From assembly GCA_002269645.1 (NCBI GenBank), contig NIVC01000513.1:1-64000 (forward strand): DNA of 64,000 nt, in the 5' to 3' direction. Every line of letters starts with the position of its first letter. The stretch's first letter is position 1. The DNA comes from Macrostomum lignano (lineage: Eukaryota). The notes below the pieces were generated by a model. It saw only the letters and a program-made list of their open reading frames with translations. It was not told the DNA's origin and did not search any database. This document shows, in pieces, positions 63,101 to 64,000 of the stretch. Position numbers and translations under genes: made by a program.

Positions 63101-64000
63101 CGAGCTGCTGCTGCTCAGCGGCCGAGCCAGGTGCCAGGCCGTAGCTCCTACCGACGCCGCCGTAGTCGCCGAGATTCGACGAGTCGGCGACATTCTGGTA
63201 GGACAACGAGGCTCGTCGCTGGCCGAGGGGCCCGCCAAACCGGTTCGAGCCGTAGTCGCCAAAGCCGCCACCTCCGCCATAGTCGCCAACGCCGGCGGCG
63301 CCGGAGGAGAAGCGCTTTCGAATGCCGTAGATTTCGTCCGAGGTCGGTCGGCACTCGTTGTAGCGACTGCCAAGTGCTCCGAGATCCTGTTGCTGCTGCT
63401 GCTGCTGCTGCTGCTGAATGTCCAAGCCGCCGAATTCCGAACGACTGGCGCCGAAATGCGAAGGCAGCGAGCCGGCCGCCCCCATGCCCATCTGGCTCGC
63501 CTGGGACACCCCCAGGCCGAACTGATTAGCCTGAGATCCCATACCTATTTGGCCGCCGAGCTGAGATCCCATCTGGCCGAACTGAGATCCCATTTGTCCA
63601 GACTGAGATCCAGTCTGGCCGTACTGAGATCCCATTTGTCCAGATTGAGATCCCATCTGGCCGAACTGAGATCCCATCTGTCCAGACTGAGATCCCATCT
63701 GACCAGGCTGAGATCCCATCTGGCCGAACTGAGATCCCATCTGTCCAGGCTGAGATCCCATCTGACCAGGCTGAGATCCCATCTGGCCGAACTGAGATCC
63801 TATCTGTCCAGACTGAGATCCCATCTGACCAGGCTGAGATCCCATCTGGCCGAACTGAGATCCCATCTGTCCAGGCTGAGATCCCATCTGACCAGGCTGA
63901 GATCCCGCCTGGCCGAACTGAGATCCCATCTGACCAGACTGAGATCCCATTTGGCCGAACTGAGGTCCCATTTGTCCAGATTGAGATCCCATTTGGCCTG
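54142..64000 (-). CDS. KIAA0513: KIAA0513-like (SBF2/MADD-related helical domain) protein, 5'-partial; exons >64000-62518, 62439-62391, 60093-59877, 59108-58976, 58161-58114, 55511-55417, 54233-54142
   Basis: All six introns are GT-AG with consistent phases. The spliced product reads CREFMTKYVDLVINRS..DKANFSRMC..GRVWFVKAL..AFYAMAQSLAAALMEC..DWRSARALLDAAFVFY..RKTYLYNYLKDQGIWQSQRFWTAAFADAL..SFVTKMQGL..DFVRKQC..QAMLFQSLDRM. This is collinear with KIAA0513 motifs as I recall them ([41 protein letters not shown]). Confidence 0.82.
54305..55380. repeat. 22/23-bp intronic minisatellite CACAGAGAATCG(G)CCAAAGACAC
   Basis: Direct reading. ~293-bp higher-order duplication. Confidence 0.95.
57222..57800. 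repeat. 20/21-bp intronic minisatellite GGGGGCGCCATTTCATCTGA
   Basis: Direct reading. Confidence 0.96.
58335..58840. repeat. 17-bp intronic minisatellite GGAGAATCTCACGGGTT
   Basis: Direct reading. Confidence 0.93.
59130..59805. repeat. 23-bp intronic minisatellite GATTAGCGATGATTTGGGTGTCA
   Basis: Direct reading. Confidence 0.97.
60190..62335. repeat. 23-bp intronic minisatellite AATAAACTGATTTCGGCGCCACC, ~90 copies
   Basis: Direct reading. 299-bp (13-unit) higher-order repeat. Confidence 0.98.
63530..64000 (-). repeat. In-frame coding 21-bp repeat encoding GSQ(S/F/P)GQM heptads
   Basis: Part of the open exon continuous with the KIAA0513-like CDS. Confidence 0.9.

Overview
Eukaryotic animal genomic DNA with spliceosomal introns, GC-rich CAG-repeat-laden exons and very abundant mini/microsatellites. 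The composition resembles a free-living flatworm such as Macrostomum; this is inference only. The window has two compartments. (1) About 1-17 kb is a nested transposon cluster. It holds an RTE-LINE fragment, a solo LTR, and a young, nearly intact Ty1/copia element (5-bp TSD, copia-type PBS) whose 3' LTR carries a 5'-truncated LINE. It also holds a deleted Gypsy (Mag/K02A2.6-like) element and a set of Helitrons. Three minus-strand Helitron units are joined head-to-tail through exact CTAG|TC junctions, and together they carry pieces of RepHel (N-terminus, PIF1 helicase) and an intron-containing RPA70-like gene. (2) About 17-64 kb holds four host genes that I assembled by hand: a 3-exon class I methyltransferase-like gene with a degenerate SAM motif, a single-exon rhodopsin-family GPCR, a 2-exon SoxB1 gene, and a KIAA0513-like gene of at least 7 exons that runs off the right edge. 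These genes sit among about 30 different tandem arrays totalling roughly 20 kb. About ten arrays with otherwise unrelated units share a CpG-containing GGCG(CC) core and cluster around SoxB1, and several carry higher-order repeats of about 280-310 bp. Most long ORFs in the supplied track are translated tandem repeats. No rRNA, tRNA or CRISPR array was seen. All coordinates and counts were read by eye.
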